Shown here piece by piece: positions 22,432-32,020 of a stretch of DNA of 64,000 nucleotides. Below the pieces are notes generated by a model. The model had not been told where the DNA came from. It saw only the letters and a program-made list of their open reading frames with translations, and searched no databases. The DNA is from an uncultured virus (IMG/VR IMGVR_UViG_3300024059_000003) (taxonomy: Duplodnaviria; Heunggongvirae; Uroviricota; Caudoviricetes). Position numbers and translations under genes: made by a program. Position 1 is the first letter of the stretch. Each line of letters starts with the position of its first letter. The DNA is taken from positions 1-64,000 of the IMG/VR virus record IMGVR_UViG_3300024059_000003, one strand, 5' to 3'.

Positions 22432-25188
22432 TTATTGTCCTATTTTACTATCACCATTCAGATCTCTGCCAACAAACTTTTCATAATCTATATTTGTGTT
22501 GGGACTTTGTGCTGCTTTAGCTAACTGTTGGTACTGTCTTGAACTCATTTGAGCACCTGGTTCTACAAGCAGCTCATATATAATCTCATCAGTGAGTTGA
22601 CCTAATAAAGGTGCAATTTGTTCTTTTGGAACCATAGAAGGCCATAATATATTTTTAGATATTCTACCAGATAATGGATCATATATATTAAGTTGTAACC
22701 TGTACATTCCATTCTCTGTTTTTGGACTCATGTCACTCACAACATTTCCACTTGCTTTATAATATTTAAGTGATGGGAAGTCACCTGATTCAGAACTTAA
22801 GAATGCATTTTCCAAACTTGTTTTATATTTACTGTCTGTAGCTGTAGTAAAATAAGCATTTGGATTTCTTCTGAATGATCTTTCTCCATTAGACAATGTA
22901 AATTCCTCTAGAGGTTGTCTAGTGTCTATCATTGCAGGTAATATTCTTTGGTTGAAAGCTCTGACAGCTGGGCTTGGTTCATATCTACCTTGAAAGAATC
23001 TGTCATATTGTTGTTGACTTAAATCTATCTCACTAGGATTACCATCTCCATCCGTTAGAATTAATTGATACTTACCATCAGCTCCAGCAGTTACAACATT
23101 AGCAGATATTATACCTTTTTCAAGAGCAGTTCTAATTTCTGAAGCTACACCACCGCCTCCAAACACTCCCTCATCAACATCTCCTTTATCCATGTCAATA
23201 GCTATTCCTCCTAGTAAACCATCAAACTCTGCTTTCTGTGCTGTGTTAGTTAGAGGAATAGGATAGGCAACTGATTGAGGAATTATATTAGTCTTTCTTA
23301 ATTCTTCTGCAATAAACTTTTCTCTCTGTTCTATAATATTACGTAATGCATTTTGAATAGGTTTGTTTTCACTAAAAGATATAATGTCATCATATACAGC
23401 ACTACCAGAATTCCCACTAATTCCATACGCTACTCCTCTATCCGTATACCCAGGAGCAAACAGTTGTTCGAATACAGCCTTCTCCTGTGCAGACAATTCA
23501 CTCTCTGGACCCATAGCTTTTTGATAATCTCTAGTAAAAATTGTATCAGGTCCCTCTGCATCTGGATCTTCATACACATACTGTTGGAACTTATCACTAT
23601 TGAACATACTAATTAATGATTTGTAGTCAGCAGTGTAAGTAGATGGCATACCATCATCGACATAATCAATTGTTAGTGACTTATTTGCAGCCTTCAGTTG
23701 AGGGGGTTCAGGGTATATTTTTAAAGCATCTTCATTAATAGATGTTACTAGATTACTTATTTGTTTATATTCTGCATCAAGTCTACTTAGAACAGATAGG
23801 TCCGATCTTAGATCATCTGGTAGAGATGCAGGATTACTACTATTTATTGTTATTTCATCCTGTAACTGTTTATCAGTGTATCCGTATTTAGTTTTTAATC
23901 TTTCACGCTCGGTTATTGTTAGTTGCAATGCTTCTTCCATAGCAATTTTTCCAGCAGCTGCTACTTGCGAATCACTAGCATCATCACCCTGATTAATAGG
24001 AACTCCTCCATATGCACCAAATTCAAGTGTATCATTTTCTTGTTTTTTCAACCTAGCCATTTCTGCATTATGTTTTTCAGTCTGATAAAACTTAGCATTA
24101 AAGTTTGCTTGATCTTGTTGCATCTTAGCAACTTTAAGTTCTGTTTCTCTAAATGGATTACTGTGAATTGTTTCAGATACATTTTTATAAGAATAAGAAT
24201 TAGTAAAATTCTTCATCCAATCAGTACTGTATAATTGTCCTTTTGATGTTTCTACATCACTATTTAAAAAGCTTGAAGACACACTTTCGTATTCTGATTT
24301 TAGAGATTCTGCCTGACGTTGAAGAGCATCTATTTGATCCTGAATAGCATTCTTTTCTGCAGCAGTCTTTGAGGAGCCTTGTAAAGACTCCATGTCTTCT
24401 ATCTCCTTCTGAAGTCCTAGGAATGTGTTGTTGTATGACTGATTTACATCTTGAGAAAATACTTCATCATCTATACCGTTGTATTTAAACTGTCCATCAA
24501 TAGCCATTTGCTGATATGCATCTGGTGGAAGAGCAGCTTTTAAAGCAGTTTGAATTTTCTCTGGAGTAAGAGCTTCTATCTTTCTTCTAGTGACAGCATC
24601 ATAATATACAATTTTACCTCTTGAGTCTGTAGTTGCATATATATCATTCTGTGTTGAATCAGCAGCTAAACCTTTTACAACATCCTGAGCCATTTTATTA
24701 TAGTCTACATAAGGTCTGTATGTTGCATTGAATGTAGAGTTTAAATCTCCATCCATCCAAGCTTGTACTTGTTTAGAAAAGAATAAATCATTTGATTGAG
24801 ACCCTTTTCCTTTACCTGTAATTTCTTGTTGTTGTTCTAATTGTTTTCTATATTTAGCTGCAGAACCAACAGCATTTAAAATAACTGGATCATTTACCAA
24901 TTGTTTAGTCATACCATCAACTGAATTAACAAGTTGAAAGTTTGAGAAATCTGATGCAGCAATACTATTGAGCTGTCCTCCTAAAGCATTAAGCTTAGAT
25001 TGAAGATATTCTTTATCTTGTGGTCTAACTACATCAAGACCAGCAATGTTATCAATGCTTTCCTGAATCTTTTGTACTCCCTGGTTATATGCTTGTTGCT
25101 TGAACAAACCAACCTTAAGCATTTCATCCTGAGGACGCTGCTCTACATATTCGTTGAAGGTGGGAATGTTATCTAGATATGATGCCAT
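22432..25188 (-). CDS. Putative cargo/ejection protein (918 aa)
   Basis: Long helical/coiled-coil ORF immediately upstream of the vRNAP gene, with its own promoter; assignment by synteny. Confidence 0.6.
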   Translation of the reverse strand: MASYLDNIPTFNEYVEQRPQDEMLKVGLFKQQAYNQGVQKIQESIDNIAGLDVVRPQDKEYLQSKLNALGGQLNSIAASDFSNFQLVNSVDGMTKQLVNDPVILNAVGSAAKYRKQLEQQQEITGKGKGSQSNDLFFSKQVQAWMDGDLNSTFNATYRPYVDYNKMAQDVVKGLAADSTQNDIYATTDSRGKIVYYDAVTRRKIEALTPEKIQTALKAALPPDAYQQMAIDGQFKYNGIDDEVFSQDVNQSYNNTFLGLQKEIEDMESLQGSSKTAAEKNAIQDQIDALQRQAESLKSEYESVSSSFLNSDVETSKGQLYSTDWMKNFTNSYSYKNVSETIHSNPFRETELKVAKMQQDQANFNAKFYQTEKHNAEMARLKKQENDTLEFGAYGGVPINQGDDASDSQVAAAGKIAMEEALQLTITERERLKTKYGYTDKQLQDEITINSSNPASLPDDLRSDLSVLSRLDAEYKQISNLVTSINEDALKIYPEPPQLKAANKSLTIDYVDDGMPSTYTADYKSLISMFNSDKFQQYVYEDPDAEGPDTIFTRDYQKAMGPESELSAQEKAVFEQLFAPGYTDRGVAYGISGNSGSAVYDDIISFSENKPIQNALRNIIEQREKFIAEELRKTNIIPQSVAYPIPLTNTAQKAEFDGLLGGIAIDMDKGDVDEGVFGGGGVASEIRTALEKGIISANVVTAGADGKYQLILTDGDGNPSEIDLSQQQYDRFFQGRYEPSPAVRAFNQRILPAMIDTRQPLEEFTLSNGERSFRRNPNAYFTTATDSKYKTSLENAFLSSESGDFPSLKYYKASGNVVSDMSPKTENGMYRLQLNIYDPLSGRISKNILWPSMVPKEQIAPLLGQLTDEIIYELLVEPGAQMSSRQYQQLAKAAQSPNTNIDYEKFVGRDLNGDSKIGQ

Positions 25189-25195
25189 AATTTAA

Positions 25196-25271
25196 CAAAT
25201 GTATTATTATTTAAAGACTTATCCAAGATACACTAATCGATTCTGGTAATTCTTTATAATCAGATTAGTTA
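25196..25271 (-). promoter_or_regulatory. Bacteroidota-type -7 promoter (TACATTTG) with upstream conserved box
   Basis: TACATTTG at 25203-25196; TAACTAATCTGATTATAAAGAATTAC ends 42 nt upstream and has a near copy at 42424-42399. Confidence 0.65.
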
Positions 25272-28200
25272 TTATTTTTTGAATTGTCTTAGTATATTAC
25301 TATTCCTGTGGTTCTTTTTTACTTTTTTATTGATAGGTTTTAATTTTGTTCCGTACTTTCCAACTGCTGTACTTGGATCATTTACATAATCGTATATAGG
25401 TTCAGCCTTTGCAGCATCTAACACTTCACCCATTGCGTCTTCATTTATACCTTCATTAGTAGAATTAGTAGTTTGTCCACCTCCAAAACCACCACCAGTT
25501 AAATAATCAAAGATAGTTTGATAAGGTCCAAAAGCAGATGTCTGCCCTTTACCAGGTATATTAAACTGTGCAATTCCTTGATTAAATAAATCTAAATCTT
25601 CACTAAATCTAAAGTTAGGATATAGTTCACGTAGAACTTTCTCTCTTCGGTTCTCTAGTTTATTCTGCTGATACTTATCAGATATAGACTTAACAATTTC
25701 TTGCTGTGTTGCTTTTGTATTAGCTACAGCTTGAGCTTGTCTTTGTTGTTGTTGATCATAAATACCTAAGTTAGTAAGCCTTGCCTGATTAATCGCCTCA
25801 ATGTTGCCAGAGTATACTTGATCTTTCATTGCTTGGTTCTGTCTAAACTCTTCAGCACCGATAGTATTAAGTGCATCAAAGAAAGGAGCTTGTGCAGCAG
25901 CTAGAGCTGCAGGATTATTTGCCAGTATAGGATTTTGAGCCATAGCTCTATACTGTGAGTTAATTACATTTCTTTGATCCTGCAAACTTATATCGTAAGG
26001 AACTCTTAATCTAGGTTGGTATGTCTGTGCGTAAACAGGATCAAGTTGATTGTTTGCAGCTGCATTCATCTCAGGCAGTATCTGGTTATAATCAAGATCA
26101 TTGTCTATAGGTCTTCTAAATAAGGGTCTAAGAAAACTTGCATCAAATGGTGTTTTTGGTTTTACTGTAGTAGTTTCTGTAGTAGTTGCTTCTTCTTCTT
26201 CTACCTCTGCAAATTCATATTCAGCAGGTGCAGCTTCCTTTGATTCTACCTCAGGGGTAAATCTAGCACTAGAAGTTTCTTGACCAATAATACCATCTAC
26301 ATTTACTGACACGTTTATACCTGCATCTTTGTTTCTTTTATTAAATTCTCTTTGGAATCTTTTTACATCTTCTTTCTTTCTACGATCAAAGTTCTCCCAA
26401 TCAAACCAAGAGTTTTCTTTTACAAACGCTTCATAATCTGCTTCAGTTACATTACCAGCTAATCCTGTTTTATCATCATACTTCTGTCCTTTAGGCATAT
26501 CACCTATATCAGAACCAGTTGCATCTTTACGATCAACTTTTTCTTTTGCTGGTGTCTTTTCCTTCTTCCACTTTTTCTGCTCTTCATCCCACACAAAGTC
26601 AGCATCTTCAGCTTCTTTTATTGTTTTAAATTTTGTAGGAAGGTTATTTATTTTAAGACCATCTTGGGCTATAGGTATTTCTGTACCATCTTCAGCATAA
26701 TCCTGTGTGTCTTTAACAGCTTCTATCTCACCTTTAGATAAGAACTTATTACCATCTATACCACGTTCATTAAATGTATCATTTAAGGCTGTTTGAAGAT
26801 CAGCTAACATTTCTTTCTTATTAGCTATATCTTTTAATTTCATGTCACCACCTTGTACAATTGCATCTGAAGTTGATCTTACCAACTCGCCCCATTTAGT
26901 CTTTTGGGTATCTCCAGCATTTTCTACAGCTTTTCCCATTTGTTTATTTATTCTTGCTTCCTCATCATTGAGGTTGTTTACATAGTTTTTAAACTTTTTA
27001 CCTTTTGCATTATCGTCACCTAACTCTGATATAAAATTATTTGGTATTTTTAAATCTCCGAACACTACTAAGTTTTCCTGGTTCCCACCGTCTTGCATAA
27101 TTTGAGCTGGTTCATTTTCTACTTCTACCACTGCTTCATTGTTAGCAACGGACTGTGGACCATACGCAACACCAATACCAGTTTGACCAGTCTTAGGATC
27201 TTTTTTATCATGCGAGTTACCAGAGAAATATAAACTTTCTCCCCCAGCATAAGGGTTATAGGATACAGCATTTACATCTCCACCCCATAGAGTTTTAACA
27301 TTACCATCACCTGCTACCGATCCACCTTTTTTCATATGAGAAGCATATCCTGCGTGGATTTGAGGACCTATCTTCATGTTGTTCATTGTTGATATATTCC
27401 TATCTATTGCCTCTCTTTCGTGTCTTTGTCTTCTATCGTTTCTATCAAGAACATCCCCAATACCACTGCCAATAAAATCACCAATAGCACCACCAAGTGG
27501 TCCACCAACAAGCGTACCTATACCTCTACCAACACCACCACCAATATTGCTTCCTGCATCTCTACTAGCTTTATCTCCATATGCAAAATTTCCTAACGTG
27601 TTTCCTATTGCATCATATGGTACTCCTCCACCATCTTGATATGATTTAACTATGCTAGGATTATTTAGTGGAACATATCCTCCATCCTGAAGAGCACGCA
27701 TACTATTTACGTTTCTTCTATTAAGCATTCTGTTATGTTCTAATTTTTCTTGCATGGTTTTATAGTAAGGTAGACTATAAGTAAATTCTCCTTTACCAAG
27801 AAGATCATCTCCTTTTAGATTTAAGTTTCTAGGACCTCCAGCTCTAAAGTTATTTAGAAAATTACCACCACGTTTAGCAAGTACGTTTGTGCCTACACCA
27901 TAAATAGGGAAGAACTCTTCGCCTGTGTTCTGAATATCTTCAGGACGAACATAGTCTCTTTCTATTTCTTCTGGTTTAGTCAGAGCAGCCTGTAATGCTA
28001 TTCCACTTACCTCCTTCATTTGTTTAAGATCTTTTAGGGCATCCTTCTGACCTTTTATCTTACTGATACCCATCATGATATCTTTTGTAATAGGACTATT
28101 AAGGACTTGACCTAATTCATCTGATTGTAAAAAGCTTCCCACTCTCTGTCCAAAATTCATAGCAGTTCCATCCTCATTGTATTGCCCTTTACTAAATGCT

Positions 28201-29096
28201 TTTCCAAACATACCAGATCCATCAGGATTACCATACTGATCTTGTTGTGGGATCTCAAATCCTAGATCCATACTTTCTATCTGACCCAAACCAGTTTGTG
28301 CTTTAGGTGTTTTCTTTTTTAGTTTTTGTTTTAGTTTTAAAGAATCAATTTTGTTTTTTAACTGTCTAGTTTCAACATCATTAAAAGTTTTTCTTTGTAT
28401 AAGTTCATCAAACATTTTATTCAGATCCTTGTCTGAAACTTTTTCTGTTACATTTTTACCATCTTGTGCTTTAGGTGCTTCATGTCCCCAACCTTTTTTC
28501 TTAAGTGCTAAGTGCTCTTTGTAAGTCATAGCTTTCTTACTCTTCTTAGTCTTAGGATCATACATCATATGAGGTGTAAACTTTTCAACTTTAGCACCCT
28601 TCTTACCAGCCACCATTCCTATTATTTCTGCATCACCAACTTCTACAGATCCTGTTGGACCACCTTCACCTCCACCAAACATACCACTAAGTCCTTCTAG
28701 TGCACCTCCCATGCCTTGTATTTTCCCCAATAAACCATCGTCTTTTTTATTCATGTTAGCATACATAGCATCTATCTTTGCTTTGTATTCATAATCTTCT
28801 TTCTCATCTTCAGTAGTCAAAGAATCAAGGCCCAGCTCATAGGCTCTATCTTTAAACTGATCAAAGTAATCCAAAGTATCTTTATTTACACTCTCTAGAA
28901 GTTCTGTACCGTCAATAACTTTACGGTTATTACCAGCTTCCACATCGGTGTATTCTATAACATCACCTACTTCAGCTTTCTTAAGCTTAGCTAGTTCTTT
29001 TCCATGCTTCTTCATAAAAGCTGCCTCTGTAGGAAACTTCTTGTAGAATTCTTTTTCAGACTTAACGCCTGCTATTTTTAATATTTGAGCTTTCAT
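25272..29096 (-). CDS. Putative internal cargo protein with Gly-rich hydrophobic segment and repeated xQDGG-type motifs (1274 aa)
   Basis: GGGVGRGIGTLVGGPLGGAIGDFIGSGIG glycine-zipper-like segment; Q/N-rich helical C-terminus; lies between muzzle and RNAP genes. Confidence 0.6.
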   Translation of the reverse strand: MKAQILKIAGVKSEKEFYKKFPTEAAFMKKHGKELAKLKKAEVGDVIEYTDVEAGNNRKVIDGTELLESVNKDTLDYFDQFKDRAYELGLDSLTTEDEKEDYEYKAKIDAMYANMNKKDDGLLGKIQGMGGALEGLSGMFGGGEGGPTGSVEVGDAEIIGMVAGKKGAKVEKFTPHMMYDPKTKKSKKAMTYKEHLALKKKGWGHEAPKAQDGKNVTEKVSDKDLNKMFDELIQRKTFNDVETRQLKNKIDSLKLKQKLKKKTPKAQTGLGQIESMDLGFEIPQQDQYGNPDGSGMFGKAFSKGQYNEDGTAMNFGQRVGSFLQSDELGQVLNSPITKDIMMGISKIKGQKDALKDLKQMKEVSGIALQAALTKPEEIERDYVRPEDIQNTGEEFFPIYGVGTNVLAKRGGNFLNNFRAGGPRNLNLKGDDLLGKGEFTYSLPYYKTMQEKLEHNRMLNRRNVNSMRALQDGGYVPLNNPSIVKSYQDGGGVPYDAIGNTLGNFAYGDKASRDAGSNIGGGVGRGIGTLVGGPLGGAIGDFIGSGIGDVLDRNDRRQRHEREAIDRNISTMNNMKIGPQIHAGYASHMKKGGSVAGDGNVKTLWGGDVNAVSYNPYAGGESLYFSGNSHDKKDPKTGQTGIGVAYGPQSVANNEAVVEVENEPAQIMQDGGNQENLVVFGDLKIPNNFISELGDDNAKGKKFKNYVNNLNDEEARINKQMGKAVENAGDTQKTKWGELVRSTSDAIVQGGDMKLKDIANKKEMLADLQTALNDTFNERGIDGNKFLSKGEIEAVKDTQDYAEDGTEIPIAQDGLKINNLPTKFKTIKEAEDADFVWDEEQKKWKKEKTPAKEKVDRKDATGSDIGDMPKGQKYDDKTGLAGNVTEADYEAFVKENSWFDWENFDRRKKEDVKRFQREFNKRNKDAGINVSVNVDGIIGQETSSARFTPEVESKEAAPAEYEFAEVEEEEATTTETTTVKPKTPFDASFLRPLFRRPIDNDLDYNQILPEMNAAANNQLDPVYAQTYQPRLRVPYDISLQDQRNVINSQYRAMAQNPILANNPAALAAAQAPFFDALNTIGAEEFRQNQAMKDQVYSGNIEAINQARLTNLGIYDQQQQRQAQAVANTKATQQEIVKSISDKYQQNKLENRREKVLRELYPNFRFSEDLDLFNQGIAQFNIPGKGQTSAFGPYQTIFDYLTGGGFGGGQTTNSTNEGINEDAMGEVLDAAKAEPIYDYVNDPSTAVGKYGTKLKPINKKVKKNHRNSNILRQFKK

Positions 29097-29100
29097 AGTA

Positions 29101-31152
29101 TTAGTATTTGTCTAACCAGCCTCCTGGTTGTGGTGTATTATAGTTCGTAAAGTTAGTTAATTGATCTAGTTCTACCAAAGACTTTCCATCTTTAGCCATA
29201 GGATACTCTGTAACAGAGTTACCATCAAACTTGTAATCTTTTCCTGGTTGCATCATCTTCTTATCACCAGTGTCAGATATTCCAAGTACAGGGTAGTTAA
29301 CACCCTTCATTGTTATATTGTTGGAGTTTATTTTAGTTATCTTTCCAGGGTATGCCCATTGTCCTCTATTATCTTCTATCACACCACCTTCTTGGAACTT
29401 ATCTAACCATCCACCATCTTCAGCTTTCTGACAACTACCCTTACTAAAAGGTGTCTTACCAGCAACTGTTTTATATCCTGGCCAGCATCTTCCACCATCT
29501 CTTTGTTGAGGTATACTACCAATAGCAATAGGTGCTGCTACAGCAGGAAGAACTTTAAACAGATTCTTAAATGCTTTTTTATCTTTTATCATTTTAAAGA
29601 ACCTTGCATCCACTGAAGTTTTACCTGCTTTACCTTCCAATATTATTTTATTTATCAAGTCATCAGAAACCTCATATTGTTTATCTGTTCCCCAAAACTT
29701 TTTAGGTATGTATTCCATTCTTAACTCATCAATTCTTCCAGCAACTTCTTGTGGTCTAGATAGATATTCTATACTTTCTGCTGTATCATCTCCTAAGTTT
29801 TTTATATTTCCATAAACTTTTTGGATATCCTTTTTGTGACCTCCTGTTAACACCTTTGTGTAATCATCTGTTACCTGAGGAACAGCAGATTGAATTGTTC
29901 TAGCATATTCAGGCTTAGTAGCTCTTGCACCAATATCCATTGCATGTTTATTTTCATGTGCAACAGTTCTTGAAAGTTTCCAATTCCTTTGGGATAAATT
30001 TGGAAATCTTGATTCAAACCTAGGAAGAGAAATAAGTGACCTATTTTCTGAAGCTCTAAAGAACCCTAGTGTGTTAGGGTTATTAGCAAAATAGCTTATA
30101 TCATCAGCACTTGTAGGTGCCATTACTTTTGTAAATCTACCTGTTGCTCCTATTTGATCTACATTCATTCTAGCGTTATTAGCATAGTTGATTTTATTAG
30201 CTCCTTCAACTACCTGATTGTTTAACCTTCTTAGTAACATTGCATCATCAGCAAGTCTTGGGAACATTTTTTGTATTGCATTTAAAGGTACACTTAGTTC
30301 ACCGCTTGGTGTAAATAGATCTGGTGCTTTTGCTTTTAATTGTTCAAGACCTCGTTTGTATAAATTTTGATTATTACGAACTTGTCTGGTTAGACTGGGA
30401 TCATTAAATTGATATGTAAAATCATCAAACCTTGTTTGAAACCCTGGAGCTTTTTGCCAAGTCTTATTAAAGTCAGAAGCTGCTTTAACACCACTTTCAT
30501 TAAAACCTCTAAACTTAGATTTAAACGGTCCTCCCTTTAGTAGTCCCATCAATTCAGTAAGATTTACTCTAGTGTCTGATAAAGGATTAGTAAGGTTAGC
30601 TATTGCACTTGTCTTTTTAGAAGGTTTTGCTGCATCAACTAACTCATCAAGTTTTTGCAACGGTACATTCTTAACTGCAGTTTTTCCTTTTGATAGCCAT
30701 GCAGGTACAATTGGTATTGCACCTAATGTATCAAAACCAGCATCAAGATATTCTCCTTCATCTAAATTACGTTTTGCAGATGTAGCATATTTAGCCCAAG
30801 CAAATGGATTAACCATATCAATTACACTATCAAATGCATTTCTGTTTTCTGCATTAATTGGTATACTATCTGGAAGGTCTTGATTACTAGCAGAATAACT
30901 AAAAGCAGTCATAGGACTTGCTAAATAATCTACCACTTTCTCATACCATGCTGGTTCTTCGTATTGAGATATAGTTGCTTGTTTTTTACCACCATCTTGA
31001 TACTTATCTAACCAACCACCGTTAATTGCTTTCACAGGCGTAGCACCTCCAGCTATAGCACCGAAGTATTTCTTCTGCTTATCAGTCAGACCTCTCCCAT
31101 GGACAGTTCCGTCTTCTAACATCTTTCTCGCTTTGCCTGGTGTTAATGCCAT
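29101..31152 (-). CDS. Putative cargo protein with intact zincin HExxH motif (683 aa)
   Basis: AHENKHA at ~29945-29960 with downstream YLSRPQEVAGR; three GGWLDK(Y/F) repeats. Confidence 0.6.
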   Translation of the reverse strand: MALTPGKARKMLEDGTVHGRGLTDKQKKYFGAIAGGATPVKAINGGWLDKYQDGGKKQATISQYEEPAWYEKVVDYLASPMTAFSYSASNQDLPDSIPINAENRNAFDSVIDMVNPFAWAKYATSAKRNLDEGEYLDAGFDTLGAIPIVPAWLSKGKTAVKNVPLQKLDELVDAAKPSKKTSAIANLTNPLSDTRVNLTELMGLLKGGPFKSKFRGFNESGVKAASDFNKTWQKAPGFQTRFDDFTYQFNDPSLTRQVRNNQNLYKRGLEQLKAKAPDLFTPSGELSVPLNAIQKMFPRLADDAMLLRRLNNQVVEGANKINYANNARMNVDQIGATGRFTKVMAPTSADDISYFANNPNTLGFFRASENRSLISLPRFESRFPNLSQRNWKLSRTVAHENKHAMDIGARATKPEYARTIQSAVPQVTDDYTKVLTGGHKKDIQKVYGNIKNLGDDTAESIEYLSRPQEVAGRIDELRMEYIPKKFWGTDKQYEVSDDLINKIILEGKAGKTSVDARFFKMIKDKKAFKNLFKVLPAVAAPIAIGSIPQQRDGGRCWPGYKTVAGKTPFSKGSCQKAEDGGWLDKFQEGGVIEDNRGQWAYPGKITKINSNNITMKGVNYPVLGISDTGDKKMMQPGKDYKFDGNSVTEYPMAKDGKSLVELDQLTNFTNYNTPQPGGWLDKY

Positions 31153-32018
31153 TACTTATATGATATTTGTGCTGGTGCTACAATAAATTGACTAACTATG
31201 TGTGTAGTAGATGTATTATCTAATATATGTCTTACCTTTAAATCCTTTGCTCTAAGTTGTGACTTCTTAAATGATAGGTCACCATAGTTCATGTTATCTT
31301 GATTTACCTCCTTATCCAAAGATAGTGATGTACACGGTGTTTCAAATAAAGGAACATTACTACTTTTTTGTAATGCCCAAAAAGTATTATACTGATAAAA
31401 GTTATCACTTTTAGTGAATATAATAGTCTTACTGTCACTATTTAATATAGGATATTGTAAGTATGAACTTAGATCATTCATAGGTTTAGGTACAAGTTTT
31501 AGTATACCTGTTGATTGTTGTCCGTTATATAATACAGCTTTATTAAAGTATTTATTATTTGTCTGAACTTTACTGTTGTCATCAAATGCCCCAACAGTAG
31601 AAGGTATATATGTATATGTCTTACTATAATCTTTTATGTTCTGTACTATTTGATCATTGTACTTGTAATCAAATGGATACTCAATGATGTAAGGAGAAAT
31701 GTCCCCATAGTAATAGTTATATAAACTATCATTTCTCAAGTGAGTCCACAAACATCCTGTTCTTTTAGGAACAAATTTAGAATTTCTATAATCAAAGCCA
31801 TTTATCTTTCCTTGTACATCGAAAGATTTTTCAAACTCGCAGTCCCCTGTTGAGGTTAGCGTAATAACTTTCACTGCATTTTGTACATCATAAGACACAC
31901 CTGTTATTAATGTAAACAAAGATACGCCTGTAACTATAGTATTACCTAAGTCATCAGTGATTGTAAACGGTCCTACGTTAGGACTAGCAGATGTTATTTT
32001 TATACTTATTGTTTTCAT
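31152..32018 (-). CDS. Shared N-terminal 'GPF' domain fused to probable C-terminal part of the muzzle/tail stabilisation protein (288 aa)
   Basis: N-terminus ..SPNVGPFTITDD.. resembles five paralogues; LWTH..YNYYYG..PYIIE..FNKAVLYNGQQSTG resembles the C-terminus of crAss-like stabilisation proteins (from recall). Confidence 0.6.
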   Translation of the reverse strand: MKTISIKITSASPNVGPFTITDDLGNTIVTGVSLFTLITGVSYDVQNAVKVITLTSTGDCEFEKSFDVQGKINGFDYRNSKFVPKRTGCLWTHLRNDSLYNYYYGDISPYIIEYPFDYKYNDQIVQNIKDYSKTYTYIPSTVGAFDDNSKVQTNNKYFNKAVLYNGQQSTGILKLVPKPMNDLSSYLQYPILNSDSKTIIFTKSDNFYQYNTFWALQKSSNVPLFETPCTSLSLDKEVNQDNMNYGDLSFKKSQLRAKDLKVRHILDNTSTTHIVSQFIVAPAQISYK

Positions 32019-32020
32019 AC

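Noticed and set aside
22432..22470. EF-hand/dockerin-like DLNGDSKIG at the end of the 918-aa protein (and DIDNSGAPD in the portal)
   Set aside because: Single short motifs without a supporting second copy; insufficient evidence
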